A stretch of 64,000 nucleotides of DNA from Candidatus Saccharimonadales bacterium (GCA_049521895.1 JBEKOJ010000001.1:226717-290716); one strand, 5' to 3'. Positions 35,210-44,913 are shown, numbered from the stretch's first letter. The notes: generated from the sequence alone by a model not told the origin. Numbers and translations: made by a program.

Positions 35210-37168
35210 TTACAATTTGGCTCTGACTTCACCGATTAGGTCACGTAACTCGGCGGCTTTTTCGAATTCCAGGTTGGCGGCCGCCAGATCCATCTGGGAG
35301 GTCAGGTCGCGGATCAGGAAGTTATATTCATCTTTGGGTATTTTACGCAGATCCAACTTTGGCTTCGCTGCCTTTTCGGCTCTTGGCAGCAGTTCATCCA
35401 CGGCACGCACGATACTGCGGGGTGTAATACCATGGCCTTTATTATATTTCCCTTGGACCGCCCGGCGGCGGTTAGTCACATCAATGGTGCGTTGCATGCT
35501 GCCAGTCACCGTATCGGCGTACATTATCACCCGTCCCTCTTCGTGGCGGGCTGCCCGGCCGACGGTCTGGACCAGTGCTTGCTCGCTGCGTAAAAATCCT
35601 TCCTTGTCAGCATCTAAGATTGCTACTAGGCTGACTTCTGGCAGGTCCAGCCCTTCCCTAAGTAAGTTGATACCGACCAGTACGTCATAAACTCCCAGCC
35701 TAAGGTCGCGTAAAATATCGGTACGGTCTAGGGTATCGATCTCGCTGTGTAGGTATGCAACTTTTACGTCCAGTTCCTTCAGGTATTCGGCTAAGTCTTC
35801 CGACATGCGCTTGGTTAATGTTGTCACTAAAACACGTTGAGCTTTGCCCACTGTCGCGCGGATCTCGGCAATCAGGTCGTCAATCTGCCCATCAATCGGC
35901 CGGACTTCAATTTTAGGATCCAGTAGGCCGGTTGGCCGGATGATTTGCTGGACCGGTTCCGGGCTGCGCGATAGTTCGTACTCGGCAGGTGTGGCGCTGA
36001 CGTACACAACTTGGTTCATATGGCGCTCAAATTCAGAAAAAGTCAGCGGCCGGTTGTCCAGTGCCGAAGGCAAGCGGAAGCCATATTCCACCAGCACCTC
36101 TTTGCGCGAACGGTCGCCGTGGTACATACCTCGGACTTGCGGAATGGTCATGTGCGATTCGTCCACGAACATCAGGTAGTCATCCGGGAAGTAATCTAAC
36201 AGAGTAGCGGGTTGCTCGCCAGCTTCGCGATTGGTCAAATAACGGCTGTAGTTTTCGATACCTTTCACAAAGCCGGTCTGCTCCAGCATCTCCAGGTCAA
36301 ATTTGACACGCTGCTCCAAGCGCTGGGCTTCCAGCAGTTTACCTTGTTTTTTAAACCAAGCTCCTCGCTTATCGGCTTCCTGGCGGATTTTAACCAGCGC
36401 TTTTTGGAGTTTTTCTTGCGGTGTAACGTAGTGGCTCCCTGGGAAAATACTTAACTCGTTAAGTGTTTTTTCTATCTCGCCGGTCAACGGATTAATTTGG
36501 TTCATGCGTTCCACTTCATCGCCAAAAAATTCAATCCGATAGGCATTTTCTTCACCTGCTGGGAAAACGTCCACGACGTCTCCCCTGACCCGGAAATTGC
36601 CACGCTCAAAGGCCATATCATTCCGGCGGTACTGGATATCTGTTAGCTGCCTAAGTAGTTTGTCGCGCAGTCGCCGCTCGCCGACTTTAAGCCTAACAGC
36701 CATATTGCCGTAATCTTCCACCGAGCCAATGCCGTAGATACAAGATACAGAAGCCACAATAATCACGTCGTTGCGCGACAGCAGTGCACTAGTTGCGGCG
36801 TGACGCAAACGGTCAATTTCTTCATTGATATCACTGTCTTTCTCGATATAAGTGTCAGAACGGGGCATATAAGCTTCCGGCTGGTAATAATCAAAGTAGC
36901 TAACAAAGTAGTGCACAGCATTATCCGGGAAAAACAGCCGGAATTCATTATAAAGCTGCGCGGCCAGAGTTTTGTTGTGGCTCAGTACCAGCGTCGGTTT
37001 CTGGGTATTTTGGATCAGGTTAGCCATAGTAAAAGTCTTGCCGCTGCCGGTCACACCCAGCAGCACCTGATTCTTGGCACCGGCTTTTAGTCCCTCGGTC
37101 AATTTAGCAATTGCCGCCGGTTGGTCGCCCGTCGGCTTATAGTCGCTCCTCAGTTTGAACTTACTCAC
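35210..37168 (-). CDS. uvrB: excinuclease ABC subunit B
   Basis: 652 aa with Walker A GVTGSGKT, helicase motifs including DESH, and a C-terminal UVR domain ([15 protein letters not shown]). Confidence 0.95.
   Translation of the reverse strand: MSKFKLRSDYKPTGDQPAAIAKLTEGLKAGAKNQVLLGVTGSGKTFTMANLIQNTQKPTLVLSHNKTLAAQLYNEFRLFFPDNAVHYFVSYFDYYQPEAYMPRSDTYIEKDSDINEEIDRLRHAATSALLSRNDVIIVASVSCIYGIGSVEDYGNMAVRLKVGERRLRDKLLRQLTDIQYRRNDMAFERGNFRVRGDVVDVFPAGEENAYRIEFFGDEVERMNQINPLTGEIEKTLNELSIFPGSHYVTPQEKLQKALVKIRQEADKRGAWFKKQGKLLEAQRLEQRVKFDLEMLEQTGFVKGIENYSRYLTNREAGEQPATLLDYFPDDYLMFVDESHMTIPQVRGMYHGDRSRKEVLVEYGFRLPSALDNRPLTFSEFERHMNQVVYVSATPAEYELSRSPEPVQQIIRPTGLLDPKIEVRPIDGQIDDLIAEIRATVGKAQRVLVTTLTKRMSEDLAEYLKELDVKVAYLHSEIDTLDRTDILRDLRLGVYDVLVGINLLREGLDLPEVSLVAILDADKEGFLRSEQALVQTVGRAARHEEGRVIMYADTVTGSMQRTIDVTNRRRAVQGKYNKGHGITPRSIVRAVDELLPRAEKAAKPKLDLRKIPKDEYNFLIRDLTSQMDLAAANLEFEKAAELRDLIGEVRAKL
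36448..36465. repeat. iterated palindrome copy (TACTTAAC-TC-GTTAAGTG)
   Basis: The copy lies inside uvrB and reads CTT AAC GAG TTA AGT = LNELS. Flanking AAAA/TTTT extends the arms to 12 bp with one T.G position. Confidence 0.65.
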
Positions 37169-37191
37169 CTATAAATTGTAGCAAGAAGATT

Positions 37192-37758
37192 CTATTGCGG
37201 AATGGCTTGCAGATTAGGTACTAGTGCTTGCACTGCGTCATTATTTTGTGATTGTAGCGTCGTTGCGGTATCGCTATCAGAACAGGCGGCTTGATCGTGC
37301 GTAAAGATGTAATAGTAACCGCCCACGTAGGCGTATGTAGCGCCGCTTTGAGCCACCGTAGAAGCAGGGTCACCCGCTGGACCGACTGGATCATTTGGTA
37401 GAGCTCTTAATATCGCTCCGCCCCGAGTGCAAGCTGGATCAGCTGCTAGCAGCTGTTTTGAGGTTACGGAAGCCAAAGTATTACTGTCCGACAAACTGTA
37501 TTGTAAGTCTAACGTCCCAGTGTACGGTGCCCGCACGCCCCATTCTTTGATGGTGAAATACTGTTGAGCCTTGGCCGAAGAGCTGTTGGTAGTTTTATTG
37601 GTTTGAACAGTCTGGGCGGAATTTGAAGCCTCATTAAGGATTTTATCTGTCTGGTTTTTAGTATGCCATGTGTACCAGCCGGTGCCGGCTATCATGGCAA
37701 TAATAACTAAAATCAGCAAGGTCTCTAAAACCGCGAAGCCTTTTTGATTTTTATTCAT
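37192..37758 (-). CDS. type IV pilin-like protein (prepilin N-terminal cleavage/methylation domain)
   Basis: The start was trimmed to MNKNQKGFAVLETLLILVIIAMIAG, a class III signal with G|F and Glu at +5. The tracked longer ORF overlaps the upstream gene. Confidence 0.75.
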   Translation of the reverse strand: MNKNQKGFAVLETLLILVIIAMIAGTGWYTWHTKNQTDKILNEASNSAQTVQTNKTTNSSSAKAQQYFTIKEWGVRAPYTGTLDLQYSLSDSNTLASVTSKQLLAADPACTRGGAILRALPNDPVGPAGDPASTVAQSGATYAYVGGYYYIFTHDQAACSDSDTATTLQSQNNDAVQALVPNLQAIPQ

Positions 37759-37798
37759 AAGCTGAATATATCTTGAGTGTTGTAAAAATACAAGCGTT

Positions 37799-38362
37799 TC
37801 ATTCGTAGATTTTGCGGTAAGGTTCGTGAAGTTTGTCAAGCAAATGGGTAAGTTTAGCAATTAACTTATCTGGATCTTCCTCAAAAATTATTGTATCCGG
37901 ATCAGCATTAGGCAGCAGTTCCATCAGCTGCGAAATTTGAGCGCTGATACCGCCGGCACTCTCTAGGATGCCAATTGGCGTGTGACTTTCCATAGCGATG
38001 GTGAATTCGTGCAGCGTGCCTAGCCGCCCACCAATTGTCACGACAGCGTCAGCTGAATTGATAAGTAGCGAGTCGCGACCACCGTAATGCAAGCCGGTAA
38101 ATAATATTGCGTCATAAGGTTCGGTGGGCAGCCGATATTTTAAAACGTGCTCAATTTTGGTAGAAGCCGGGCTTAAGCCCAAACACATCTTGCCACCGGC
38201 CTTTTTATAGCCCCTGGCGGCAGCTTCCGGCAGACCAGTAGTAGCACCGGTTAGTAGAGAGTGGCCGGCGGAGGCAATCGCCCGTCCAATCTCTTCGGCC
38301 AGCTTATGTCCCTCCTCCACGCTTTCGCCGCGGGCTGCACCAGATACGCAAATTTGATACAT
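37799..38362 (-). CDS. LOG/TIGR00725-family (SLOG) protein
   Basis: 187 aa with VSGAARG...LLTGATTGLPEAAARG...GGRLGTLHEF, the Rossmann-like LOG/DprA-type pattern. Confidence 0.65.
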   Translation of the reverse strand: MYQICVSGAARGESVEEGHKLAEEIGRAIASAGHSLLTGATTGLPEAAARGYKKAGGKMCLGLSPASTKIEHVLKYRLPTEPYDAILFTGLHYGGRDSLLINSADAVVTIGGRLGTLHEFTIAMESHTPIGILESAGGISAQISQLMELLPNADPDTIIFEEDPDKLIAKLTHLLDKLHEPYRKIYE

Positions 38363-38378
38363 TATTGGGCCATTCTCA

Positions 38379-39443
38379 TTAATTATTCTGAAGACTATAC
38401 TCGGCTGCTAGCCGTGTTGCCAGCGGAGCTTCAAGACTATCGTTTCTTAGACTATCTAGATTATAGCCTATACCTCTAATGGTATCGGCAAGCTGTTCAG
38501 ACTGATTTTGGTATCGACCCAGAAGCTCGTTCAATAAAGCCCCCGCCCCGTGTTTGGATGACCGGCTAGAATAAGTATTGTTTTTCAAAAAATCACGTGA
38601 TAGATCTTTGATGTTAAGCGAAACGGGGCCATCCCGATGGTCGGATATCAAACGGGCGTTGTCCGCCCACCACCTGAGAACCGGACTGGCGTTATATAAC
38701 TTAGAGCCAAAGTCCGCGCCAGCTAATTTTTCTACGGAACTAAGGAGCATAATCGCCAAGGGCAATACTTGACTATCCCGCGCCATACCAGCCGGCCAAA
38801 GAGCAACCGCACCGATATTGCGATCTAAAAGCACATGGGATTTTGGACCATCGACGTTCTGCCAGTAAGCCTTTGGCAAGGCAGTTATTTGCGGCCCGCG
38901 CATTTCAAAACCGGCGGTATCAAGCTTGGCGATTTTCCTACTGGCGGTGCTTTGCCACGAGTGCGGCTCTAGCCAAACTGCAGCCAGATAAATTCTACCG
39001 ATATCCTCATGCTTTAGTAGTGATTCCAGCGAACGGTAACCAAGTTTCTTCATCAATTTCTTAGGCGGAGTTTGGCGTAGAAGTTTTTTGGCGGCACTGT
39101 GTTTTAGTGCCCAGATTTCAGGTGGTGGACCTAGACCAGCGACTAGTTGTGTCGCTTTTATCACACGTTTAGCTAAGCTGGTTTGTTCGTCAATCCCCCA
39201 AGCTTTGTCAAGCTGGCTGCAATCATTGGCAAACCGAGCCTTCAAAGCTTGATACAGTTCCTCCCCGGTAGTGTCATCGGGGTCTAATCCAAGCTGTGAT
39301 AATTTGACACGTATTTTTTGCTGGTTCTCAGAAATTAGCCGTACGTCTTCGCTGGGAGAACCATTCATATCTTCCAGCTTTCTGACCATATCGACCACCA
39401 GATGCTCAGGGGCGTTTAAGAGTTTTGCAATGGCTTTAGACAT
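38379..39443 (-). CDS. hypothetical protein
   Basis: The start was trimmed to MSKAIAKLL (39443), 5 nt after the kinase stop. The tracked 399-aa version overlaps the kinase by 130 nt. No motif was recognised. Confidence 0.55.
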   Translation of the reverse strand: MSKAIAKLLNAPEHLVVDMVRKLEDMNGSPSEDVRLISENQQKIRVKLSQLGLDPDDTTGEELYQALKARFANDCSQLDKAWGIDEQTSLAKRVIKATQLVAGLGPPPEIWALKHSAAKKLLRQTPPKKLMKKLGYRSLESLLKHEDIGRIYLAAVWLEPHSWQSTASRKIAKLDTAGFEMRGPQITALPKAYWQNVDGPKSHVLLDRNIGAVALWPAGMARDSQVLPLAIMLLSSVEKLAGADFGSKLYNASPVLRWWADNARLISDHRDGPVSLNIKDLSRDFLKNNTYSSRSSKHGAGALLNELLGRYQNQSEQLADTIRGIGYNLDSLRNDSLEAPLATRLAAEYSLQNN

Positions 39444-39448
39444 ATGTT

Positions 39449-40456
39449 TTAGCGCAACCTTGTTGGGTGGTAATTGGGTGGGGCAGATCTTAAATAATGG
39501 TTTATTTCGCCCTCGTCTAATAGGCCGGCTTGGGCGCCAACTTTTTGGACTACACTCATAGAATTGATTGGCGCCCATAGCAGCGCACCCTGGATATCGG
39601 CACCGCGCATAATGGCCGCCACGAAAGTAGAGGTAAAGGCATCACCGGCACCAGTGCGCTCATACGGTGGTTTAGGATCAGGGTAAATCGGCATTTTGTA
39701 ACGATTGGTGCCGTCGCTGGCATATGATCCAGCATGGCCATCGCTAATGACTACAATCTTCGGGCCAAGCTCGTGTAACTTATCGAGCAAGTCATGGATA
39801 TTATTGTGGTCACCGCTGGTAATAGTTGTCGCTTCTTCACGGTTAACCGCCAAAACTTCCGACCTCATGTAAATCCGCTTTAGACGGTGCGCGCCAGCCT
39901 CAATTTGGAAGGTCCCGGGTTGAAACGCTAATTTAACTAGCGGATGGCTCTCCAGCCAAGTTGCCAGCTGGTCATGATACTCAAGGCCATGTTTACTAAT
40001 AGAGCTAAAGTAGATCCACCCGGGGATATCCACGATACGAAAGCGTGGCCAGTGATAATCGTACTCCTCGTGTTTGATCAAAATAGTACGTTCTTCTTTG
40101 TACCACAACACGTAATGGTAGTTACTGAGTTTCCCCGGATTAATATGTATAAAACGGCGATCCACTTTAGCTGCATGCAAAGCTGTTAGAATATCCCGGC
40201 CATTGCTGTCGTCGCCGATATTAGAGACCAAGCCAGAACGAAGACCAAGTTTAGCAAAAGCCACCGATGCATTGCTAGCGTTGCCGACAGCTGGGACCAC
40301 TTCAACATGATCGAATGGCACCTTCGTGCCAAACGGTAAAGCCAGCCATAGTCCATCCGGCCGGTGCTCTACCCGTTCTTCATCATCAAACAGCCTAATA
40401 AAGGCATCCGTTACTACATCGCCGACACTTAAGACATCAAGTTGTTGCTGAGCCAT
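39449..40456 (-). CDS. PfkB-family carbohydrate kinase
   Basis: 335 aa with N-terminal VGDVV.D and the C-terminal signature RTGAGDAFTSTF. Confidence 0.8.
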   Translation of the reverse strand: MAQQQLDVLSVGDVVTDAFIRLFDDEERVEHRPDGLWLALPFGTKVPFDHVEVVPAVGNASNASVAFAKLGLRSGLVSNIGDDSNGRDILTALHAAKVDRRFIHINPGKLSNYHYVLWYKEERTILIKHEEYDYHWPRFRIVDIPGWIYFSSISKHGLEYHDQLATWLESHPLVKLAFQPGTFQIEAGAHRLKRIYMRSEVLAVNREEATTITSGDHNNIHDLLDKLHELGPKIVVISDGHAGSYASDGTNRYKMPIYPDPKPPYERTGAGDAFTSTFVAAIMRGADIQGALLWAPINSMSVVQKVGAQAGLLDEGEINHYLRSAPPNYHPTRLR

Positions 40457-40482
40457 AATCCTAACGGCTATTTTAGCATAAG

Positions 40483-40564
40483 CCCAGTAGTGAGCTTTCG
40501 AGATTATCCGTAAAGCGGATATTTAGCCCGCAAAAGCGGGCTGACTTGAAAGTCTACTACTGGG
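40483..40564 (+). mobile_element. ORF-less CCCAGTAG-terminus element (82 nt, three-way junction form)
   Basis: Sequence: CCCAGTAGTGAGCTTTCGAG...CTTGAAAGTCTACTACTGGG. The internal hairpins are ATCCG-TAAAG-CGGAT and AGCCCGC-AAAA-GCGGGCT. TAAG flanks both sides. Confidence 0.7.
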
Positions 40565-40574
40565 TAAGCCCATC

Positions 40575-41486
40575 TTAAGGTTGAGCTTTCCCGGCGGAAT
40601 TGAATGTTTCGATTTTTGATTCCACTACCGCTTGTACGGCACTGATGACTTGCGGCATTAGTTTGACGACAGCATATTCGGTCTTATTAGCAGCTAAAAC
40701 TTTTTCCAGCGTATCGCGGTAAGCCATGCGCATATCACTGTTGATATTAATTTTACTAACCCCAATCTTTACAGCCTCTATAAAGTAATGCGGTGGCGTG
40801 TCGCTGCCACCATGCAGACTGATATTGCAATCAATTGCCGAGCGGATTCTTTGCAGCAACTCCAGATCCAGAACCTTGGGTACCGGATAATGGCCGTGCA
40901 GGTTGCCGATAGCCGCGGCGAACGTGTCAATACCCGTGGCATCGACGAATGCCTTGGCAGCTTCCGGCGTACTAAAGGTTTTTTTGATTTCTTCATAATT
41001 AATGTCTTCGGTGTGGACGTTGCTGGAGCCACTAAAGTAGTGCGGCTCGGCCTCAACCAGCGCACCGGTAAATTTAGCTGCCTCCACCACCTCTTTAGTT
41101 TTGGCGATAATTTCGGCATCCGTGGCATCGTGGTTAGCCTGGCTAATATCAATGTGAATACACTCAAAACCGGCTTCGATGCCGGCAATCGCGTCTTCTA
41201 CGCTGGGGCTATGGTCTAGATTTACGTACATCTCCAGCCCGTACTGCGTCTTGTAGTTATCTACCATATCGCGGACATTGGGCAGTCCCATAGCATCCGC
41301 TTCGGTCTTGCTAACCTCCACCAGCACCGGAGCTTTTTTGGCTGCCGCGGCTTTTACCACAGCCACCAAAGTTTCCTGGTTATCGAGATTGAAAGCCCCC
41401 AGCGCAAAATGCTCCGCCCGAGCACGCGCAAAAGTCGCACGTGCCGTCTGGCAGTTGATTCTGATCTGTTGCAGTGTCAGTGGCAT
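40575..41486 (-). CDS. fba: class II fructose-bisphosphate aldolase
   Basis: 303 aa with FNLDNQE, LDHS, IHIDIS and LHGGSD, the ketose-bisphosphate aldolase class II pattern. Confidence 0.9.
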   Translation of the reverse strand: MPLTLQQIRINCQTARATFARARAEHFALGAFNLDNQETLVAVVKAAAAKKAPVLVEVSKTEADAMGLPNVRDMVDNYKTQYGLEMYVNLDHSPSVEDAIAGIEAGFECIHIDISQANHDATDAEIIAKTKEVVEAAKFTGALVEAEPHYFSGSSNVHTEDINYEEIKKTFSTPEAAKAFVDATGIDTFAAAIGNLHGHYPVPKVLDLELLQRIRSAIDCNISLHGGSDTPPHYFIEAVKIGVSKININSDMRMAYRDTLEKVLAANKTEYAVVKLMPQVISAVQAVVESKIETFNSAGKAQP

Positions 41487-41489
41487 GAG

Positions 41490-42470
41490 CTAGTGTTTAT
41501 GTTTAGGCTGGTTCATTAAGAGATGGTGGGCAGCCATGGCAATATGATGCGCTGTCAGGCCAAAGTGCTTAAGCAACTCGTCCGGGTGGCCAGACTCGCC
41601 AAAACGGTCATGCATACCAACCCGAATCAACGGCGTAGGCAGGTTTTCGCCTAGAACCTCGGCCACGGCACTGCCCAGGCCGCCATTGACCTGGCCCTCC
41701 TCGGCAGTCACTACGTGCCGCGTACGTTCGGCACTATCCAGAATGGTTTGCGCGTCCAGCGGCTTAATTGTTGGTACGTGTACGACTTCAGCGTGAATGC
41801 CATCTTTGGCCAAAACATCGGCCGCGGTCATTGCCTGGTAGGTCATTGTGCCAGTGGTGATCAGACTGACATCGGCCCCAGGCCGGAAAATATAGGCTTT
41901 GCCGATTTCAAAAGGTGTTTCTTCGGTCGTAAAAACTGGGGTAGCCTCGCGGGTAACGCGCATGTAGTTTGGTTGTTTATCTACCGCCATGGCCAGCGTG
42001 GCCTTGCTGGCTTCAAGGCTATCGCAGGGGGCTAACACCACCATGTTTGGTAATGCACGCATTAGCGATAAGTCTTCAAGCATCTGATGGGTAGCGCCAT
42101 CGGCGCCCGTATACAGTCCGGCGTGCGAGCCAATGATTTTAACCGGCTGGTCGTTTAGGCAAATAGTGGTACGAATTTGCTCCCAGTTGCGCCCGGGGCT
42201 AAAGGCGGCATAGCTGCTGACGAACGGGATTTTACCCATGGCCGCCAAACCGGAACCAACCGTCACCAAATTCTGCTCGGCTACACCAACCTGAATAAAC
42301 CGCTCAGGATAAGCCTCAGCAAAAAAGTGCATGTTGGTTGATTCTGTTAAATCGGCGCAGATGCCAACGATGTTATCCCAACGCTTGCCAGCTTCCAGTA
42401 AACCACGGCCAAAACCTTTGCGGATGGGTTCTTGCGTCAGCACTTTGCTTACCAAATTCATCTCAGCCAT
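41490..42470 (-). CDS. transketolase, C-terminal section (pyrimidine-binding and C-terminal domains)
   Basis: 326 aa with GVAEQNLV and GATHQ..EDL. This is the second half of a split transketolase. Confidence 0.9.
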   Translation of the reverse strand: MAEMNLVSKVLTQEPIRKGFGRGLLEAGKRWDNIVGICADLTESTNMHFFAEAYPERFIQVGVAEQNLVTVGSGLAAMGKIPFVSSYAAFSPGRNWEQIRTTICLNDQPVKIIGSHAGLYTGADGATHQMLEDLSLMRALPNMVVLAPCDSLEASKATLAMAVDKQPNYMRVTREATPVFTTEETPFEIGKAYIFRPGADVSLITTGTMTYQAMTAADVLAKDGIHAEVVHVPTIKPLDAQTILDSAERTRHVVTAEEGQVNGGLGSAVAEVLGENLPTPLIRVGMHDRFGESGHPDELLKHFGLTAHHIAMAAHHLLMNQPKHKH

Positions 42471-42502
42471 TTATTTCCCCAGTCTGCCAAGTGAGCATGT
42501 TG

Positions 42503-42579
42503 TTTGAAAGAGGGTTCAGAGCGCAAGTGCAGCCCGAGCCCGTTTTTAGCGAACCCGGCGTGGAACGCACTCTTTCAAA
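42503..42579. repeat. intergenic hairpin between the two transketolase halves
   Basis: TTTGAAAGAG (42503-42512) pairs with CTCTTTCAAA (42570-42579), and GGGTTC pairs with GAACCC inside. It shares the words AGCGCAAG and CGAGCCCGT(N0-2)TTTTA with 48417-48530. Confidence 0.45.
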
Positions 42580-42592
42580 TAATATGCGAGTA

Positions 42593-43459
42593 TCACTCAT
42601 GTTCGCTCCGAATCCTGCCGCCAAGAGTTCGCAGTTCTTTGAGAGCCTTGATTGCTTCTTCATGATCGGGTGGTTTACCGTGCCAATGAAAATCGTATTC
42701 CATAAAATCAACGCCCTCGCCTGGAATGGTGTGGGCGATTATCATCACCGGTTTCTCCACTATAGCCTTAGCCATATTACAAGCATCAATTACGGCCTCT
42801 ATATCGTTGCCGTCAATCTCCAGCACGTGCCAGCCAAAGGCTTCCCATTTATCGCGCAGATTTTCCAAGGGCATCACGATCTCTGTCGGTCCTTCAATTT
42901 GGATGTTATTTCTATCGGTTATAGCAATGATGTTGCTAAGCTTATATTTGCCCGCTAGCATAGCCGCTTCCCAAGTATTACCCTCGTCCTGCTCGCCGTC
43001 GCTCATCACCACGTACACCCAGCGGTGCTGAGTCTTATCCATCCGAAGCGCCAGCGCCATACCGCAAGCCTGGCTTAAACCGCTGCCCAGCGGCCCACTG
43101 GTAGTTTCCAACCCGGGCAGGCGCAGCCGTTCCGGGTGGCCTTGCAGACGCGAGCCAAACTGGCGAAGTGTCATTAACTCTTTTTTAGACAAGTATCCGG
43201 CGTGGGCCATCGCGGCATAACGTACCGGTACGCAGTGGCCGTTACTCAGCACCAAGATATCACGCTCCTGCCAATCGGGATTTTTAGGGTCATGCTTTAG
43301 AACATGAAAGTATAGCGCCGTAAAAATGTCAGCCAGCCCCAGGGGGCCGGCCGAATGGCCACTGCCAGCTCGTAGTAGCATTTTGATAATATCTTCCCGG
43401 ATTTCATTGGCTTTTTTCTCCAGCGCCACCAAGGAATAATTTTTTTGCTCTTTGGCCAT
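42593..43459 (-). CDS. transketolase, N-terminal (thiamine diphosphate-binding) section
   Basis: 288 aa with SGHSAGPLG, SNGH and the ThDP motif GDG...N (MSDGEQDEGNTWEA). Confidence 0.9.
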   Translation of the reverse strand: MAKEQKNYSLVALEKKANEIREDIIKMLLRAGSGHSAGPLGLADIFTALYFHVLKHDPKNPDWQERDILVLSNGHCVPVRYAAMAHAGYLSKKELMTLRQFGSRLQGHPERLRLPGLETTSGPLGSGLSQACGMALALRMDKTQHRWVYVVMSDGEQDEGNTWEAAMLAGKYKLSNIIAITDRNNIQIEGPTEIVMPLENLRDKWEAFGWHVLEIDGNDIEAVIDACNMAKAIVEKPVMIIAHTIPGEGVDFMEYDFHWHGKPPDHEEAIKALKELRTLGGRIRSEHE

Positions 43460-43500
43460 TCTGCTTAAGATTATACCTAATATTCATTCATTTTGCTTGG

Positions 43501-43599
43501 CTCTCGTGATACCGCATGAGGCACCACAGAAGCGCTAATTGTATTACGAGCAAAGATATAATTAGTGACCCGCAAGTGCCAAGGGCAGTATCACTAGAG
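43501..43599. repeat. long imperfect hairpin
   Basis: CTCTCGTGATAC (43501-43512) pairs with GTATCACTAGAG (43588-43599) at 11 of 12 positions. Nested GGCAC/GTGCC and CTAATT/AATTAG stems lie inside. Confidence 0.4.
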
Positions 43600-43616
43600 T
43601 CAAGTCGTCCCGGTTT

Positions 43617-43772
43617 CCCAGCAGTGAGCTTGCGAGATTATTCGATTCCCTTGGAGCCGTCAGCTCGTCAGCATCTCTTACGAAGACTGTAAGTCGGGAA
43701 CAGTTATGTTAGCGAGGCCTCGAATAATTAGCTCATGCGAGCGATGAGCTGACTCGAAAGTCTACTGCTGGG
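43617..43772 (+). mobile_element. ORF-less CCCAGCAG-terminus element (156 nt, expanded hairpin)
   Basis: Sequence: CCCAGCAGTGAGCTTGCGAG...CTCGAAAGTCTACTGCTGGG. The termini co-vary (T-A changed to C-G). The hairpins are ATTATTCGA-[69 nt]-TCGAATAAT and AGCTCAT-GCGAGCG-ATGAGCT. TTT flanks both sides, and the right terminus overlaps the rpe stop codon. Confidence 0.7.
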
Positions 43773-44406
43773 TTTCGTCGGCGATGCGTTGCAGAGCCGC
43801 GAAAGCCCGCGCCGGGTCTTCAGCTCTTTGGATATAACCGCCAACGTTTAGTACGTCCACGCCACCATTTATTAGCTCAGCAACATTTTGGTCATTAATA
43901 CCACCGTCCCAGCCCACTTCCAAATCAGGTTTATACTGTTTCAAAATACTTAACTTGTTAAGTAATTTAAGGTCGGCGTGGCTGCCGGTTTGGTAACCTA
44001 AATTACCGGAGAATATCAACACGTGGTCAATACTACTTAGCGCCGGCAGGATTGTTTCAGCCGGTGTCCGTTGCAACAGTGCCACACCAACCCCTACTTC
44101 ATGACGGTGGCAAAAGTTGGCAATATCCTCAAAACCGCCTTCGGCTTCGGCGTGAACTATTATCAGATTTGGCCGGTGCTCCATGATAGTTTGAACAGCT
44201 GGCATTGGATGGCGGTACATGAGATGAAAATCGGCTTTAACCCCCACCGGCCACCAAGCTTGCTCGGGCCTAACGGTACGGCTGGGTGCAAACTGCCCGT
44301 CTGTTAAATCAATCTGGATACGCTGGGCAAAATGGGCTATCTTGGCTATTTGTTGTCTGTATTCTTCTTCGCTGCCAGCTAAAATTGCCGGGCAAATAGT
44401 CGGCAT
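43762..44406 (-). CDS. rpe: ribulose-phosphate 3-epimerase
   Basis: 214 aa with a TIM-barrel pattern (ICPAILA, DLTDG, HLM, VHAE, GWDGG). The last codons, ACC CAG CAG TAG, are contributed by the inserted element terminus. Confidence 0.85.
   Translation of the reverse strand: MPTICPAILAGSEEEYRQQIAKIAHFAQRIQIDLTDGQFAPSRTVRPEQAWWPVGVKADFHLMYRHPMPAVQTIMEHRPNLIIVHAEAEGGFEDIANFCHRHEVGVGVALLQRTPAETILPALSSIDHVLIFSGNLGYQTGSHADLKLLNKLSILKQYKPDLEVGWDGGINDQNVAELINGGVDVLNVGGYIQRAEDPARAFAALQRIADETQQ
43947..43964. repeat. iterated palindrome copy (TACTTAAC-TT-GTTAAGTA)
   Basis: Perfect 8-bp arms inside rpe, reading CTT AAC AAG TTA AGT = LNKLS. Confidence 0.7.
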
Positions 44407-44408
44407 GA

Positions 44409-44903
44409 TTAATTTAGCCCGTCCAGTTTGGCGATCCGCCGTTGGTGCCGTTCTTCATCGCTAAACGGCGTTTCCAGCCATAGCTTAATAACTTGTTTCA
44501 TGTCCTCCAAGCTGACAAAACGCGCAGCCAGGCTTAGCATGTTGGCGTCATTGTGGCGACGCTCCAGTCTTACTATTTCATACGGGTCATGGCTGATATC
44601 CCCTTCGACATCTACTGGCCGCCGAGCAACGACTGGTCCGTAAAAAACCGCGCATCTTACTCCTTTAAAACGGTTAGCGGCCATAGCTTCGCCCTGGCCG
44701 CTACCGCCCAGAATTACGCCCATTTGGCAGTCGCCAGCAGCTACAGATTTGGCCGCCGGCATAATAAAGTCCGGGTAGTCGTCATCCGGATTTAGCGACC
44801 CCGGGCCGAAATTTTTGCAGGTGTGGCCGGCTGACTCAAGATAGACCTGCAGCTCTTTCAGCTGCTCGAAGCCAGCATGGTCAGTGGCAAGTGCGATATT
44901 CAT
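44409..44903 (-). CDS. rpiB: ribose-5-phosphate isomerase B
   Basis: 164 aa with IALATDHAG and GVILGGSGQGEAMAANR, the RpiB/LacAB pattern. Confidence 0.9.
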   Translation of the reverse strand: MNIALATDHAGFEQLKELQVYLESAGHTCKNFGPGSLNPDDDYPDFIMPAAKSVAAGDCQMGVILGGSGQGEAMAANRFKGVRCAVFYGPVVARRPVDVEGDISHDPYEIVRLERRHNDANMLSLAARFVSLEDMKQVIKLWLETPFSDEERHQRRIAKLDGLN

Positions 44904-44913
44904 AGGCTAAAAG

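Noticed and set aside
38379-39578. Tracked N-terminal extensions that overlap upstream genes (38379..39578, 37192..37860, 52549..53631, 29798..30241, 33880..34185, 62652..63143, 60788..61648).
   Set aside because: In each case an internal Met is better supported. The support is a signal peptide or family-typical N-terminus, an SD at the proper distance, or removal of a long overlap. The starts were trimmed, and the longer forms cannot be fully excluded.
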